Origin: Vibrio alginolyticus NBRC 15630 = ATCC 17749
GTDB lineage: Bacteria; Pseudomonadota; Gammaproteobacteria; Enterobacterales; Vibrionaceae
Direction of reading: 5' to 3'
NCBI RefSeq assembly: GCF_000354175.2
Contig: NC_022349.1
Location: 930,001 to 962,000, forward strand
Length of the DNA: 32,000 nt
A program made the translations under genes and the position numbers. The notes under the pieces are model-generated. The model ran no database searches and was not told the origin of the DNA. It was given only the letters and a program-made list of their open reading frames with translations. Of this stretch, positions 31,669 to 32,000 are shown in pieces. Numbering within the stretch: position 1 is the first letter of the stretch; each line of letters opens with the position of its first letter.

Positions 31669-32000
31669 AAAATGGGCTTCTCTATGACAATTGGGACACA
31701 GAGCAATAGCATTCTCTACAGTATCATCTCCTCCTTTCGCTAAAGGGACAATATGGTGCACTTCAAGGTATGGGCTCCTATCTTTTTTACGTTGGAATGG
31801 AGCTTTTTTACTGCAACCCTCACAGTATTCCCCTGCTCTTACTAATACTTCAGCTACTACATCAGGGTTTCGTTTGAATTTTGTAACCAACTCCAATACA
31901 AATTGAGGTTTTTTATTAGCTTTAGCTAAGCGTTTTCTCCTAGCTTCGGAGCTTGTGCTAAGTGAGTTCTTAATTTTTTCGTCAAAGTCATTCTGCTCAC
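31663..32000 (-). CDS. HNH endonuclease (C-terminal part; the N-terminus lies beyond the window end)
   Basis: CEGCSKKAPFQRKKDRSPYLEVHHIVPLAKGGDDTVENAIALCPNCHREAHFG is an HNH/His-Me finger with flanking Cys pairs. The frame stays open upstream to base 32000 (...EQNDFDEKIKNSLSTSSEARRKRLAKANKKPQFV...). The track start at 31896 is an internal TTG. Confidence 0.8.
   Translation of the reverse strand, partial: EQNDFDEKIKNSLSTSSEARRKRLAKANKKPQFVLELVTKFKRNPDVVAEVLVRAGEYCEGCSKKAPFQRKKDRSPYLEVHHIVPLAKGGDDTVENAIALCPNCHREAHFG

Larger units (their letters stand above)
12059..32000 (-). mobile_element. Sedentary chromosomal integron (superintegron) cassette array, promoter-distal portion; continues beyond the window end
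   Basis: 29 intact VCR-like attC repeats plus one decayed terminal copy alternate with 340-1000 bp single-gene units. The repeats' reverse complement begins ATAACAAA... and ends ...GGCGTTA, which is the attC R''-L''...L'-R' order on the minus strand. Confidence 0.9.

Noticed and set aside
12059-32000. Looked for the integron integrase (intI), attI and toxin-antitoxin pairs within the window
   Set aside because: No tyrosine-recombinase-like ORF and no attI-type junction is present, and array polarity places them beyond 32000. No classic two-gene TA pair (RelE/ParE, HigBA, Phd/Doc and similar) is recognisable among the cassettes seen here.

Overview
The window has two parts. Bases 1-11.1 kb look like ordinary Vibrionaceae-type chromosome. 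They hold a catecholate-siderophore module: a truncated EntF-like NRPS, an MbtH-like protein, a Fes-type esterase, a strong Fur box and a TonB-dependent receptor. This is followed by a NicO/RcnA-like metal transporter, a methyltransferase-cupin operon, a Crp/Fnr-family regulator preceded by a perfect FNR-type palindrome, and a TPR protein gene that appears frameshifted. From about 12.06 kb to the window end lies the promoter-distal part of a sedentary chromosomal integron (superintegron). I count 29 intact VCR-like attC sites in three structural classes, plus one decayed terminal attC. They separate roughly 30 small cassettes that read on the minus strand, so attI, intI and Pc must lie beyond 32000. 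Cassette cargo includes four GNAT acetyltransferases (one with a nonsense codon), two APH-family kinases, two nucleotidyltransferases, a DJ-1/PfpI pseudogene, an ankyrin-repeat protein and many small secreted, lipo- or membrane proteins. The candidates for undescribed biology are a translationally coupled two-gene membrane cassette, an Rx4H (HEPN-like) protein, a protein with a deoxyribosyltransferase/TIR-like C-terminal domain next to an HNH nuclease cassette, an inverted T5orf172/GIY-YIG-like cassette, four ORF-less cassettes (two are diverged paralogues conserved only at nucleotide level), and a split membrane-protein gene whose junction carries an in-phase A_AAA_AAG slippery heptamer. All functional calls come from reading motifs by eye; no database search was possible.
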